Below are positions 37,591 to 49,340 of a stretch of DNA of 64,000 nt, piece by piece; within the stretch, counting starts at the first letter, position 1, and each line of letters opens with the position of its first letter. A model generated the notes under the pieces. That model did not search any database. It was given only the letters and a program-made list of their open reading frames with translations, and was not told the origin of the DNA. This DNA is from Anthoceros angustus (taxonomy: Eukaryota; Plantae; Anthocerotophyta). Made by a program: the position numbers and the translations under genes. Location of the stretch: the NCBI GenBank assembly GCA_010909165.1, contig MU008171.1:744001-808000 (forward strand), read 5' to 3'.

Positions 37591-40234
37591 ATGGGGGCAA
37601 CGCACCTTTGTCCTATGCTCCTCCTGTGCCTCGCTCTCGTGCGCTTCTCAGTGGCCTTCCCCTTGTGTTCCAATCTAGGTAAGGCATCAAATATGTGTGT
37701 GTTCATCAGACTAGAGTGCTGCGGCTCTCGCTCTGGCTCTGCCCATGTTTCTGAAGCTGGAATTTGACAAAGCTGCTTGTTTTCCTGCTCGACAGATGCC
37801 CCTCGGCCTCAGAAAAGCAGCTTGAAGTTCTGCTCGGCGCCGGAATACCGCAGCAACGGGTGCTGTGATGCGAGCGAAGACGCGAGCCTGGCCGAGGAAT
37901 TCCAGTCCTTGAACGGAACCAGCTACCAGTGCGCTGCCCTCGTCCAGCAAATTTTGTGTGCTGTGAGTGAGCATTCTCAAACTATCCTAAACCAAGAGGC
38001 GTCTTCCGAGCGTCTGTTGCTGACGAATAGCGTGTGTCCTGCAGCGGTGTGACCAGTTCGCAGCGGAGCTGTTCGGGGTTGGCGAGCAGCCGGGGAGAAG
38101 CGTGCCTTATCTCTGCAACTCAGGCAGCTCGCCGTACTGCGCGGCCGTGTGGGACGCTTGCGGGAATCAGCCCCTCCCAAGCTCCCTGTTCTCGCGATCG
38201 GGCCTCCTCGAGCAGGTCACGGATCCAAGCTTCATCCCCGGATCCGAGTCGTCTCATCTGCGTCCGTTTCCTAGCTTTGACTTTGTAATGGACCCCTGGC
38301 TGTGATGTTTTGCTGTATAGGTAGCTGCCGTGGCCACGGATAGCGTGCAGGAGTCCACTGCCGCGCTGAGCTCGCTCTTCCAGAACGCGACCGACTTCTG
38401 CACCAGCTTCGGGCCCCCGCGAGACAGCCCCCTGGGAGATGTGTGTTTCAGCGGAGGCCCTTACCGGCTTCCGCTTCCGAGTGCAGCGAGCCAGGCAGCT
38501 CCGGGCCCTCCGGGAGCCATCTGCCTGGACAAGCTGGACACGGGAGCCTACCTAAACCTGATCCCGCACCCCGACAGGTCGGACCGCGCCTTCCTGGCGG
38601 CTCAGAGCGGGCAGATCTGGCTGGCCACCATCCCCGCCAACCAGCCCCCGGGCGCCAAGGCCGAGCAGGCCACCTTTGGAGTGAACAGATCGGAGTTCCC
38701 GTTCCTGGACCTGTCCGACCGGGTAGTGAACGAAGGGGAGTCGGGCCTGCTAGGGCTCGCCTTTCACCCGGACTTCCTCGCCAACGGCCGCTTCTTCGTC
38801 TCCTACATCTGCGACAAGCTGCAGTGGGCGGACTGCGGAGGCAAATGCGCCTGCTACTCCGACGTCGGCTGCAACCCTTCCGACCTGGGCAGCCTGGCGG
38901 GGCCCTTCCCTTGCAGGTTCTCCTCCGTCATAGCCGAGTACTCCGCCAACGGAACAGCGCCTTATGCGGTGCGTACCAACGTCTCAGCCTTGGTCGAGCT
39001 GCTTGAATTCATGGCCTTATTTTACCTTACATAAGCCCTTTTTCTGTGCGTGTGTGTCAGGCTGACCAATCTGAGGGGAGGGAAGTGCGCCGCATCTTCA
39101 CCTTGGGCCTCCCTTACCCGAACCACCACGGCGGGCAGATCCTGTTCGGGCCCCTGGACGGCTACCTGTACTACATGATCGGAGACGGGGGAAACGCCGG
39201 CGACCCCTGGAACTTCGCCCAGAACAAGAACTCCCTGCTGGGCAAAATTCATCGCCTCGACGTGGATTCCCTGCCGAGCGAGCAGGAGATCCAGGAGCAG
39301 GGGCTGTGGGGGAACTACTCCATCCCGCCCACCAACCCGCTGGTAAACGACAGCAACGCCAGGCCAGAGATATGGGCGTTGGGGCTGAGGAACCCCTGGC
39401 GCTGCAGCTTCGACAGCCGCAACCCTCTCTACTTCTACTGCGGTGACGTGGGCCAGGTAGCACTCGACATGCCTATCTCTGGGGGCGAGGCGAGGCGAGG
39501 CGAGGCTTAATAGCTTGTTCGATTGCTTGCTTCACTATGTAGAACGCTTCGTAACTAACTGGCGTTGCGTGTGGCAGGACATGTTCGAGGAGGTGGACCT
39601 CATCTCCCGGGGCGGGAACTACGGGTGGCGAGTGTTGGAGGGCAACGTGCCCTTCAACGCGTCGTGGGCACCGGGGGGCAGCACCAAGCCGGGGGCTCAA
39701 GTCGGGCCCATGATCCCGCCCATCCTGGTGTACAGCCACAGCAGCAACGAGAGCGCGCCGCGCGCCGCCTCCATCACAGGAGGCTACGTCTCGCGCTCCA
39801 CCCTGGACCCCTGCACCTACGGGCGCTACGTGTACGCGGACCTGTACGGGCTGGTGTGGGTGGCGACGGAGACACCGGCGGGCGGGGGCAACTACAGCAC
39901 GTCCGCCATCAGCTACCAGTGTGCGCCGTCGTCGCCACTGCCGTGCGACGTGGGGGCGTCTCCCTTACCTCCCAGCTTGCAGCCCATCTACTCGTTCGCA
40001 GAAGACGCCCGGCGGGACATGTTCCTTCTCACCGACGCCGGGGTGTACCGCGTCACCAACCCCGGCAAGTGCGGCCTGGTGTGCGACGCCGCCCTGCCTC
40101 CTTACGCATCGCCCGACCTCGCACCTTCCCCGGGTTCACTGCCCAACTCTGCATCCCTTCCACCAGCTCCTCTTGCCGCATGTCTAAGCGTTGTCATGAT
40201 TCTAAATCACTTTGTGTATACTCAGCTCCTTTAA
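37591..40234 (+). CDS. HIPL1: HIPL1 (HHIP-like; Cys-rich domain + glucose/sorbosone dehydrogenase propeller), signal peptide and GPI-type tail
   Basis: AFPLC; GLLGLAFHPDFLANGRFFVSY; NHHGGQILFGPLDGYLY; PEIWALGLRNPWRCSFD; GGNYGWRVLEG; hydrophobic C-terminus. Confidence 0.93.
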
Positions 40235-40272
40235 GTAACATATCCTTTTGAAGCCTTGCGATATGAACCAAG

Positions 40273-40356
40273 GTCAGGATGGCCGAGTGGTCTAAGGCGC
40301 CAGACTCAAGTTCTGGTCTTTGAAAGGGGGCGTGGGTTCAAATCCCACTTCTGACA
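40273..40356 (+). tRNA. tRNA-Leu(CAA)
   Basis: GTCAGGATGGCCGAGTGGTCTAAGGCGCCAGACTCAAGTTCTGG..GTGGGTTCAAATCCCACTTCTGACA. Cloverleaf with long variable arm, 84 nt. Confidence 0.95.
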
Positions 40357-40419
40357 GTACGGGTTTAGGTTGCTAACGGCTGCTTGACGGCTACCGCAGA
40401 CTTCATGTTTTCTTTCTCA

Positions 40420-41113
40420 TTACTACATTCTTAAAATTAATCTACAGTACCTACATTCTTTAAATTAATCTACAGTACCTACATTCTTTAAATTAAGAAC
40501 GTGGAGCTCTTTTACATTCTTTAAATTAATCTACAGTACCTACATTCTTTAAATTAAGAACGTGGAGCTCTTTTAAATGAGAACGTGGAGCTCTTTTAAA
40601 TGAGAACGTGGAGCTCTTTTAAATGAGAACGTGGAGCTCTTTTAAATGAGAACGTGGAGACTTTGAAAAATATGCAGAGAAGGAATTTCTTCTCACTACC
40701 TACATTCTTAAACATAAGAACGTGGAGCTTTTAAATGAGAATGTGGAGACTTTGAAAATATGCAGAGATGGGAAATCTTATCTATATTGGGGTGATGGGA
40801 GCAATTTTCTAGAAGGCCCAAGTTAAGTAGAACATATATTTTTCCAAATCATATAGGAAGGATGTGGAGACTTTAAAAATATGCAAAGCTAGGAAATCCC
40901 ATGTACATTAGGGCAATGGGGACCAACCCTCTAGAGAGCTCCAAGCTAAAGGAGACCTATATTCTTTTAAACCATATAGGAAGAATGTGGAGACATTGTA
41001 AAGATGCAGAGATGGGAAGTCCCATCTACATTCGGGCGATGGGAACAATCGTCTAGAGGGCCCCAGTCCAAGGAGGACCTATATTCTTTTAAACCAATAT
41101 TCTTTTAAACCAA
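40420..41113 (-). repeat. Composite tandem array built from CRE-like element 3' ends plus target-like spacer (24/28-bp minisatellites and ~124-bp units)
   Basis: TTAAATGAGAACGTGGAGCTCTT x4-5; CTACATTCTTTAAATTAATCTACAGTAC x3; units ATGTGGAGAC..GATGGGAAGTCCCATCTACA..CTAGAGGGCCCC match the element ends at 44670, 44879 and 55430. Confidence 0.85.
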
Positions 41114-42136
41114 ACAATGACTCCAATATGTACTAAGAATAAGATACATCTTTCATTGTCAAATTATATTATGATGAATAATATTTTTCAGATCGCCTAA
41201 TAATTTGTGTGAAATGAGATGGAAACAATACAAGAACTAGAAAATACATATTTATACATCTTATTTGTGAAATTAGTCTTCTTCTTAACCTCTGCATCTG
41301 CAAGCATCTGTCACCTGTAACAAGTATAAATATACATTCAAAGAGAATCTCTACGAAAGTGGATTTTTAAATATAGGTACATAGCTTTCTAAAACATAGT
41401 CTAAATCATCCTCCCAAGTTTTTAATGAAAGGTTTGAAAACAAATATCGAACCTAGTTTGTCTTTTTATTACCTATAAAATAGTTGTCACTGTGCTCCTA
41501 ATGTTATGAATCATTTCATTGGAATTAAGCTTTTTATACATTCAAATCTAAAAGGAGTCATAGGTAAACTTGTAAGTTCCATGTAGGTTCAATCCTTCTT
41601 TTATACACTGTGCTTCTAATGGTGGGAACCATTTTATTAAAATTAAGCTCCCGTTGCCATAAAAAAATTGCAATTAACCTTCATATATTTTCAAATCTAA
41701 AAGGAGGCCTATGCAAACTTATAAGTTCCATATATCTTTGAATCTTCTTTTGTATGGTTTGAAATGATTTAAATCAATTGGAAAGAAAACTAGACATTGT
41801 CTTATTTAACCTTGTTTTTTTGAATTTGTTTTGTATCTAATAAATGCTTTGATTTTTTTTTTTTGACTCTACTCAGTCTTCCTTGATTTAAGAAAACTCA
41901 ATGAAAATATTTTAAAATATTACATAAGGTTTTGAGAAAAATTTGCACAAATACATCCATTAAATATCATGTTTTAAATAAGTACACATCACAGAAATAA
42001 CCAAGCACATTAAAATAAAATCTAAATATTATAAGAATACATATCATATCAACACACCTTTAATTTATATGAAAAAAGTACTTGGTTGCTTTCCGTATAT
42101 TTCAAAAGCTTAGCTGGGCATACTATAGATTTTATC

Positions 42137-43824
42137 TCATAGTGCTTGTTCATGATTTATAGTTTCTGAACTCTCTAAATACAATCCATATTCCGTTTGA
42201 GTCATCAATCCACCTTGAACAGGATCATATGTGCATTTGTAGTAGCTGCAATAACATCAAATTTTCCCCTTAAATGTGGACTTGAAATAGGTACTCAAGT
42301 ATAAGTACTTAAGTATAAGTATAAGATAGCGTTAGATTTGATACACTAGGTACTTACCTCCCATTTGTACAGACAATGATGATTGTGTTCTTTTGAGGAC
42401 CAAAAGCTACGATTGACATCGTCTCTCCTGGCATGCGGAATTGAGCAAGGGAGCACTTTGAGCTGAAGTATTTTGGAAGTACACCTGCAAGAAATTTACA
42501 AGCTTCCTATGTAAACTAGTTCTCTTAATCTGAGTGATCTAAATATTATGTACGGAGTTTTTAAGATTACCTCTTATAAAAGATAATGATGACCCAGCAT
42601 TTGAACTTGCTCTAGATAATAATGCTGATCCGGCCATCATCAATCCAGTACTTAGTGTAATAGATTTATTCGATGGATTATCTGAGGTTGGTGGATAAAG
42701 ATCAGAACTTCTCGAACTCGGAAGTACTTTGAGACAAAACACATGTACGGTACCCTTATTACTAGATAAAGCTAGCCATTGTAAGTTTGTTGAAAATGCT
42801 AAACTGTAAATCTCAGCACGTTCAGCACCTCTACGCAGCTGATATCAATACCAGATTGTACTAGTTTAGCATTATACTGATTTGACAAGATTATACTAGT
42901 TTAGTGTTACACTGATTTGTCCTTATGTGCTAATTTCATACTTAGATGTTTTCAATCTAAGCATGAATCTAAATCTTGTAGAAATCATAGGAACAAAAGA
43001 AAATTCCATTTTTAATGAATAAATATAACATTCACCTCTTGCAATGGTGTCCCATCATTTGTTCCAAATATTCGCACCAAAGTTCCTCTTTCACTAGCAG
43101 TAGCCAAAAGGGTGCCATCCAAGCATAAAGCTATACAAGCGATAGTAGAATTGTGACATTGAACAAGCCTAGTCTTTTTTAGAGTATAAAGCTCAATCCG
43201 AATTTCGCCCTTGCGTTGACCCAGACATGCAAGAGTACATGCATTGGTAGCTGGTGAGAGTTCGCAAAGCCCTTTTGTATTTGATGTAGTTCCAATTTGA
43301 TGCAATAATTTCAAATCACTGAAATTATATACATATATTCTGTATTCCAAAACAACCACAATTCGATCTCTCCTCAACCTTACCGCCCTCACTTCACTTC
43401 TAAAAGAAAGTTCTCCTATGCATCTTTGTTGATTATCATCCCATAGCATAACCTTATTGGGAGAATACCTTGGAGATTTTCCTCCCCCAACTAATGCAAG
43501 GATATTAGATCTAAATAACATCTCAACATGTCCGATCCCTTCTCCATCACATTCCCTTCTAAAAGTTTCTGTAAACGGATCACAATTGAAAATGCGAAAA
43601 CCCGTTTCAATTCCACAACAAAAACATCCATAGTCTTGATTGAATTTCACGGACAACAAAGTCTCATGTGAAGTTGAAGTATTCTTTTGGCTTGATGAAG
43701 CTTGATTCGTGGAATAAGATAGTCTAGGAGACAATTGAGGAGAAGGGGATGCCGAGTCTGACAGTACTTGGCACCCTAGTTCATTTGAGGGATAAAATGA
43801 ATCACTTGAAGGTGCAAGTGCCAT
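42137..43824 (-). CDS. ATG18: Autophagy-related protein 18a-like (PROPPIN WD40)
   Basis: [43 protein letters not shown]; [15 protein letters not shown]|[16 protein letters not shown]; VLPKYFSS; [12 protein letters not shown]. Four exons. Confidence 0.93.
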
Positions 43825-44067
43825 CTTGAACACTTTACTCTGAGCTGGATGCTCATACCATTCTGGAAAACCTAGCAAAATTATAGGTATAGCTCTCATT
43901 ACCATTACTTATACTCATACACAAAATAGTAGGTATCCAAATATATATTTTTCATTTAATTTTATAAATAAGCCTAGACCTTTCTCACATACAGCTCTAG
44001 GTAGGTAGTCCCCAATTGTATATCTATGTATATAAGAGAATATTTGCATATATTTAGTACATAATAT

Positions 44068-44605
44068 AATGCGGAGATTTTATAAAACTGTAGAGATAGG
44101 AATTCCCATCTACACAAAGGTGTTGGGAAATATCCTTCTAGGGGATCCCGAGCCTTGGGGACTTGCCCCCGCGATAGTCTAATACCTAGAAGTTACCTAC
44201 CGCTTCTAAGATATCATAGTCAGGTAAACAAAAAGACCTACCTAACACCGGGGTTGATGATGCACCGTCTCCGTGATTCCTTGCCATCTTGAAGATTGCA
44301 TTGGTTAGCACATTTTGCAGAGTGATGGAAACCCATTGCCGAAAGAAAGCAACCACACATGACAAAGGGAAACCTACCTTGTTCCTGTGCAAGTGATAGG
44401 CCCTAGCACATGCCTTCATAGTTTAACGTCGAGAAACCCTTTCCATGGCCCCATAAGCAAGCCTCAATAGCAAGGGGGATGAAGATGTGGCCCTTTTGCA
44501 ATCAGCTGTACTTGAAGACCTTGGTCGACGCCCTCTCCTTTGCTGCCCACCCAGGAGGGTTAATGATGACATCCTCATTGACAGTTTCACGGGTAGGGGT
44601 TCTTA
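44068..44605 (-). mobile_element. CRE-like LINE, 5'-truncated
   Basis: TKVFKYS..GHIFIPLAIE; KACARAYH..VAFFRQWVSITLQ..YDILEAVGNF; 3' end motif present. Confidence 0.82.
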
Positions 44606-44659
44606 CAATTATTAGAGCAGAAGAAGGGCTACGAGGTTAAATTGCTACACAGTTGTGTT

Positions 44660-45331
44660 CTAAGGAAATTGGAGACTTTACAGAACTTTAGAGATGGGAA
44701 GTCCCATCTACACTAAGGCGTTGGGAAACAACCTCCTAGAGGGCCCTGAGCCATGGGAGACTAGCCCCCATGATAGTCTACCTGGAAGTTACGTATTGCT
44801 CCTAAAATATCATAGTCGAGTAAACAAAAAGACCTACCTACCTACCTACCTACCTACATAGTTGTGTTCTAAGGAAATTGGAGACTTTACAGAATTTTAG
44901 AGATGGGAAGTCCCATCTACACTAAGGTGTTGGGAAACAACCTCCTAGAGGGCCTTGAGCCATGGGAGACTAGCCCCCATGATAGTCTACCTAGAGGTTA
45001 TGTATTGCTCCTAAAATATCATAGTTAAGTAAACAAAAAGACCTATCTACCACCGTGGTTGATGATGCAATGTCTCCTGCATTCGTTGCCATCCCGAAGA
45101 TCACGTTGGCCAGTGCCCTTCGTAGAGTGATGAAAACTCGTTGCCGGAAGAAAGCACCCACAGATGATAACTTGGGGAGACTTACCTCATTCTTGCTCAT
45201 GTGATAGGCCCTAGCACAGGCCTTGACAAACGTCGAGAAAGCCTTTCCCATGGCTGCATAAGTCTCTATAGCGAGAGGGACGAAGATGTGGCCCTCTTGC
45301 ATGTGGCTGTACTTTAAGACCTTGGTCAACA
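44660..45331 (-). mobile_element. Two head-to-tail CRE-like LINE 3' fragments (~185 and ~465 bp) with target-site copies
   Basis: GHIFVPLAIETYAAM..AFFRQRVFITLRRA. TACA(C/T)AGT(T/G)GTGTT occurs at 44646, 44855 and 45332. A (CCTA)n run lies at 44833-44857. Confidence 0.85.
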
Positions 45332-46814
45332 TACATAGTGGTGTTTCATGGAGGAGTTGTTGGTAGAGTGAGCTAACTAGTTTGCATAACTTTGAAAGGC
45401 TGCAAGGTTAAAGTGCTACATAATTGTGTTTTATGGAGCAGTTGTCGGTAGAGTGAGCTAACTAGTTTGTATAGCTTTGCTTCCTTGTCACAAGGTCTTG
45501 TAGGTCCAACCCTTTAGGCTTGCTCAGGGCTTTCTTATATATATCTTCTACTTTCTTATTTTATAAAGTGTTGTCCATTAGTCGCTAGTAAGAAGCGAGC
45601 TAACTAGTTTCAAGGATCATAGCTTCAAGTGGTCCTTGAGATAGCACAGCTGTGATGCTTTTGGACTACCTAGATTCTTTTGAGTTGTGATCCTTTATGG
45701 GCTAACTTTTGAGCTAATTGGTTTCAAGGAGCATAGCTAGTGTGATCCTTCTAAATTAGGATACATTATTTATAAGGAAGGTCCACATTCTGAAACCTGT
45801 CGCTATTATTTCTAAAACCTATACCTATTATAAGAAAGCATATGCTGATGTGGCAAGACTAGGTCATGAAATGTATTTGCCGGGATGCGAGCAAGTTCCT
45901 CCTTTCCTCCTTTTCAACGAGAAGTCTTCAAAGATGCTTTCCAGGGAGAACAAATCTCGTTGATGGACCTAGCATCAATCCAATAAAGGGGTGAAATTGA
46001 AGAAATCTTCTTGAATTCCTTGTTTAAGGCCCCATTATTAATGCCATGGAGGGGTCAAATTTGTTGCTGCAATATTTTGAAGTATATGCCTATAGAGTTA
46101 GTGTAGGTTGCAGTTTCCAACTTTCCCATATATGGTTTCTTATTGGGTACTTGTTTTAGTAGATGTTGTGTGCTCACTTAGTTAGACAATTTGAGCCCAC
46201 TGTTTGTACTTAAATAAAGTTTATAAACAATAAAAAGAAAGAAGTACCTAGTTATTACTTGTGTTTGTTGAAAAGCTCTTATCATCGTGTTAGTCACCAC
46301 TTATCGGCAATGCACATCTATTCCTCCTCCTCAACGGCTTTGGTAGAGTGATATTTAAAATATTATAAGGTAATAAATCATACTTGTATTTTTGGCTATC
46401 TTAGTATGGGTGTTTCATGGTCCGAGTAGGATAATAGGCTTAATAGAGTATTTTAAGTAAATAATATTATAAAGATTATAAATAATATACAATTAGTTAT
46501 ATTATATATTTATTATATTATCTACCTATACATTATTATTTACAATTGAAAGCCGATACATATTAGCTTGACAAAGTTGATTCATGAGTTCACATGAAGC
46601 CTGTCCAAGTGGACTACAATAGACCTTTTTTTCTTCTTCTCTGGTTTTATCTTGTTGTCCTCCTAGGTAAAGAGGAGAGTGCTCACCTGATCACTATCGC
46701 CCCTTTTTGTCGCATCTTTTTCATAGCCCTGCTGGGCGCGTACCGGTGGGTACTGTGTGGTAACTTGGTGGGGAAGTGGATGTGCACATCGTGTATGTAT
46801 GTACGGGGCAAAAG

Positions 46815-48077
46815 CTACTGGCAGTGGACGTTGGGCCCAACCGAAAAGACAGTGCCAATGCAGAGCAAAACAAGTAAACTCCACACATGGCTCAAGTCTC
46901 TGAGGCTCACGACCGATCGTAAAGCCGTCCTCACACTGGTTGCGATGGCATCCAAGTGCACAAGCAAAGACTGCGCATGCGGAGAAGAAGCAGCTGGCAG
47001 CGTTGCCACAGGACTTCCAGCCCTGATATGAGAGAAGCTCTCCACGGTCCTGCGCATTGCCTCATCCATATCCACCACAGGCTCGTACCCCAGCTCGCGC
47101 CTGGCCCGGGAGATGTCGAAGGTCCAAGTCCCCGACACCAATCTCAGCCTGGAGGGCTTGAAATGCCCCACGCTGATCCCCGTCCTCCGACCGAGCCAGG
47201 CCGCAACATGCGCCACGGGAAGCAGCACCTTCATGGGGAGCTTGTACTTGGGCCTCTCGTAGCCCATCGCCGACAGAAAGTCCCCAACAAATCCCCAGAA
47301 TCTCTGCGGCCGAGCATCCGTGATGAAATACGCCTTCCCGCCTGCCTGGCCGGAGGCCAGCGCCCTCTCGGCGCAGATATGGGCGTGGGCCACGTTCTCC
47401 ACATACGTCCAGTCGAAGAGGTTCTCGCCGTCTCCCAGAACGAACTTCATCTTCCACGACCGGGCTCCCGCCACCAGCGATGGCAGGGCGAGCCGGTCCC
47501 CTGGCCCGAAAATCCCGAACGGCCGCAGCGCGCAGGTGAGGACTCCATCGCGTTCGTTTGCCTGCAGCACGGAAGCCTCTGCCTGCGCCTTGGCCTCCGC
47601 GTACACGTCCTGGAATTCCTTGGCGAAGGGGAGGCTCTCGTCCGCGTTCACCAAGGGAGTGCGTCCGTGCGCGTCCATCACCACGCTGGGCGAGCTGGTG
47701 TACACGAGCGTCTTCACCCCGCAGGCCTGGCAGGCGTCGATCACATTCCGGGTGCCCAGCACCGTCACATCGAAGTGCAGGGCGCGGTCATCTATGCAGG
47801 AGCTCGGGGCCGCAGTGTGGAACACCGCGCGCACATCCTTGCAAGCCTGGAACACCTGGGCTCGGTTGCGGACATCCAGGGACGTGTAGTGGGCGAGCCC
47901 GTTCTGGAGCGCGTGGTCGAGCGGCCCGCCGAGCTCTTCCCGGGAGAGGGCGATGGCCTCACCCAGGTCTGCAATCCTCACGCTCCATGTCCCGGCTTGG
48001 ATGAGCTGGGATACGAGATGGCGCGCTAAGAAACCCCGACCCCCTGTGACCAGACACACCGGCCGCCTTGCCTCCAT
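46815..48077 (-). CDS. 3-beta-hydroxysteroid dehydrogenase/C4-decarboxylase (extended SDR), intronless
   Basis: CLVTGGRGFLARHLV, VFHTAAP, YTSSPSVV, YAEAK (YxxxK), CALRPFGIFGPGD, DWTYVENVAHAH, hydrophobic C-terminus. Confidence 0.92.
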   Translation of the reverse strand: MEARRPVCLVTGGRGFLARHLVSQLIQAGTWSVRIADLGEAIALSREELGGPLDHALQNGLAHYTSLDVRNRAQVFQACKDVRAVFHTAAPSSCIDDRALHFDVTVLGTRNVIDACQACGVKTLVYTSSPSVVMDAHGRTPLVNADESLPFAKEFQDVYAEAKAQAEASVLQANERDGVLTCALRPFGIFGPGDRLALPSLVAGARSWKMKFVLGDGENLFDWTYVENVAHAHICAERALASGQAGGKAYFITDARPQRFWGFVGDFLSAMGYERPKYKLPMKVLLPVAHVAAWLGRRTGISVGHFKPSRLRLVSGTWTFDISRARRELGYEPVVDMDEAMRRTVESFSHIRAGSPVATLPAASSPHAQSLLVHLDAIATSVRTALRSVVSLRDLSHVWSLLVLLCIGTVFSVGPNVHCQ

Positions 48078-49247
48078 TGCATCTCCGTACAAAAACGCGG
48101 GGCGGAATGAGGCATCAGCTCTGCGGATTAAAAACAGCTGAGGCATCAGCATCTGCGGCCCCGGTGCGGATCTCGAAATAGGCGCAGCAGGTGGTGGCAG
48201 GAACAGTTTGCCTGCCAACTGTTCCTCACCTTGCTCGATATTCATGGCGTTGCTTCACTCCCCACCATTATGTCGTTTCCCTCGCCTTCAAATGGAATTT
48301 GCAATGTACTGCGATGTCTGCATTCCTTCCCTCCCGTGACCGAACCGGCGGCGCGCACTGAGAGATGGGTACACGCACCCACGTATGCTCCTGGAGAGGG
48401 AAAGGAATCGGCATAAAAATAGCACCGCAGCTGCTAATGTTGTTGCCCTTCCGGAACTCAGGAGCCATGAACTTGTGATCCTGAAGTCCATAGATCCAGC
48501 AGGCTGTTCACAGCAGAATAGTTGCGCATGTCCGTCGAGTTTGTCGTATGTAGACCTCCCTGAACATCTCTGCACCCTGGAGGGCCCCATTAATTGTGGG
48601 GAATCCCAATGGTGCAGGCCTCCATCAACCTCCAGCTCTCACCAAAACGGTCAGACTGTCAACCCGTGACGCCTGTGGCTGTGGTCATACGTATGCATAT
48701 ATGACTGTCATAAAGAACAGGAAGGGACGAAGCCGGGCCAGCAGCTCTAGTGGACGTCCTCACAGCGCACAGCCTCACACTACACCAGCACCGCCGAGTG
48801 CTTGCTTTCGACCTCGTTTGTAAAACAGGACGCAAAGCCTAAACGAGAATTATAGCACATGACACAGTCTGGTAGGACTCCGGATGGCAGTGCTTGTGGA
48901 CCTCTGTAAACTTCGTGGACGTGGCCATCGGGTCCCCTGGCCAGCCGGATGTGAAAGCTGCAAACAAGCTTGGACGGTGCCTGGATAACTTTCAATCTGA
49001 TCAATCCCACATCCACCAACTGGTGACTGCCACATCTGCTCCACACCATTTGGCTACAACACAGCTCACGCCACTTGGAGCTTCTAAGGAGTGCCAGCCG
49101 AGCTCTCTGTTCCTATTTCACGTCCGCCTCGAATCGAGCACCACAATTCGCAGCCAGAGGAGCGCCTGCGGCTGGCGTGGCTGTAGCATCTTGGGCTTCT
49201 TCCTTCTACAAGCGGGCTATCTCCGCGCTTACATCACTTACTTTGTC

Positions 49248-49340
49248 TGATCTGCAGCAGTAGCCTAGCGATGATCCCAACTCTTGTGATATCTGCTCAC
49301 TCCCAGGAGCTGGACACCCCTAGGCTACCGCTGCCGATCG
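49248..49340 (+). ncRNA. Candidate pre-miRNA hairpin
   Basis: Long imperfect fold-back (GCAGCAGTAGCCTAG / CTAGGCTACCGCTGC core), followed by CAG|GTAAGT at 49346. No ORF in the region. Confidence 0.5.

Noticed and set aside
40420-41113. CRISPR-like repeat/spacer appearance
   Set aside because: The spacers are homologous to one another and to LINE 3' ends; no cas genes; eukaryotic context.
46956-48029. 357-aa plus-strand ORF (also alternative-frame ORFs in HIPL1)
   Set aside because: Shadow frames of GC3-rich real genes.
49261-49281. Resemblance of the hairpin 5' arm to miR169
   Set aside because: Too many mismatches to TAGCCAAGGATGACTTGCC for a family assignment.
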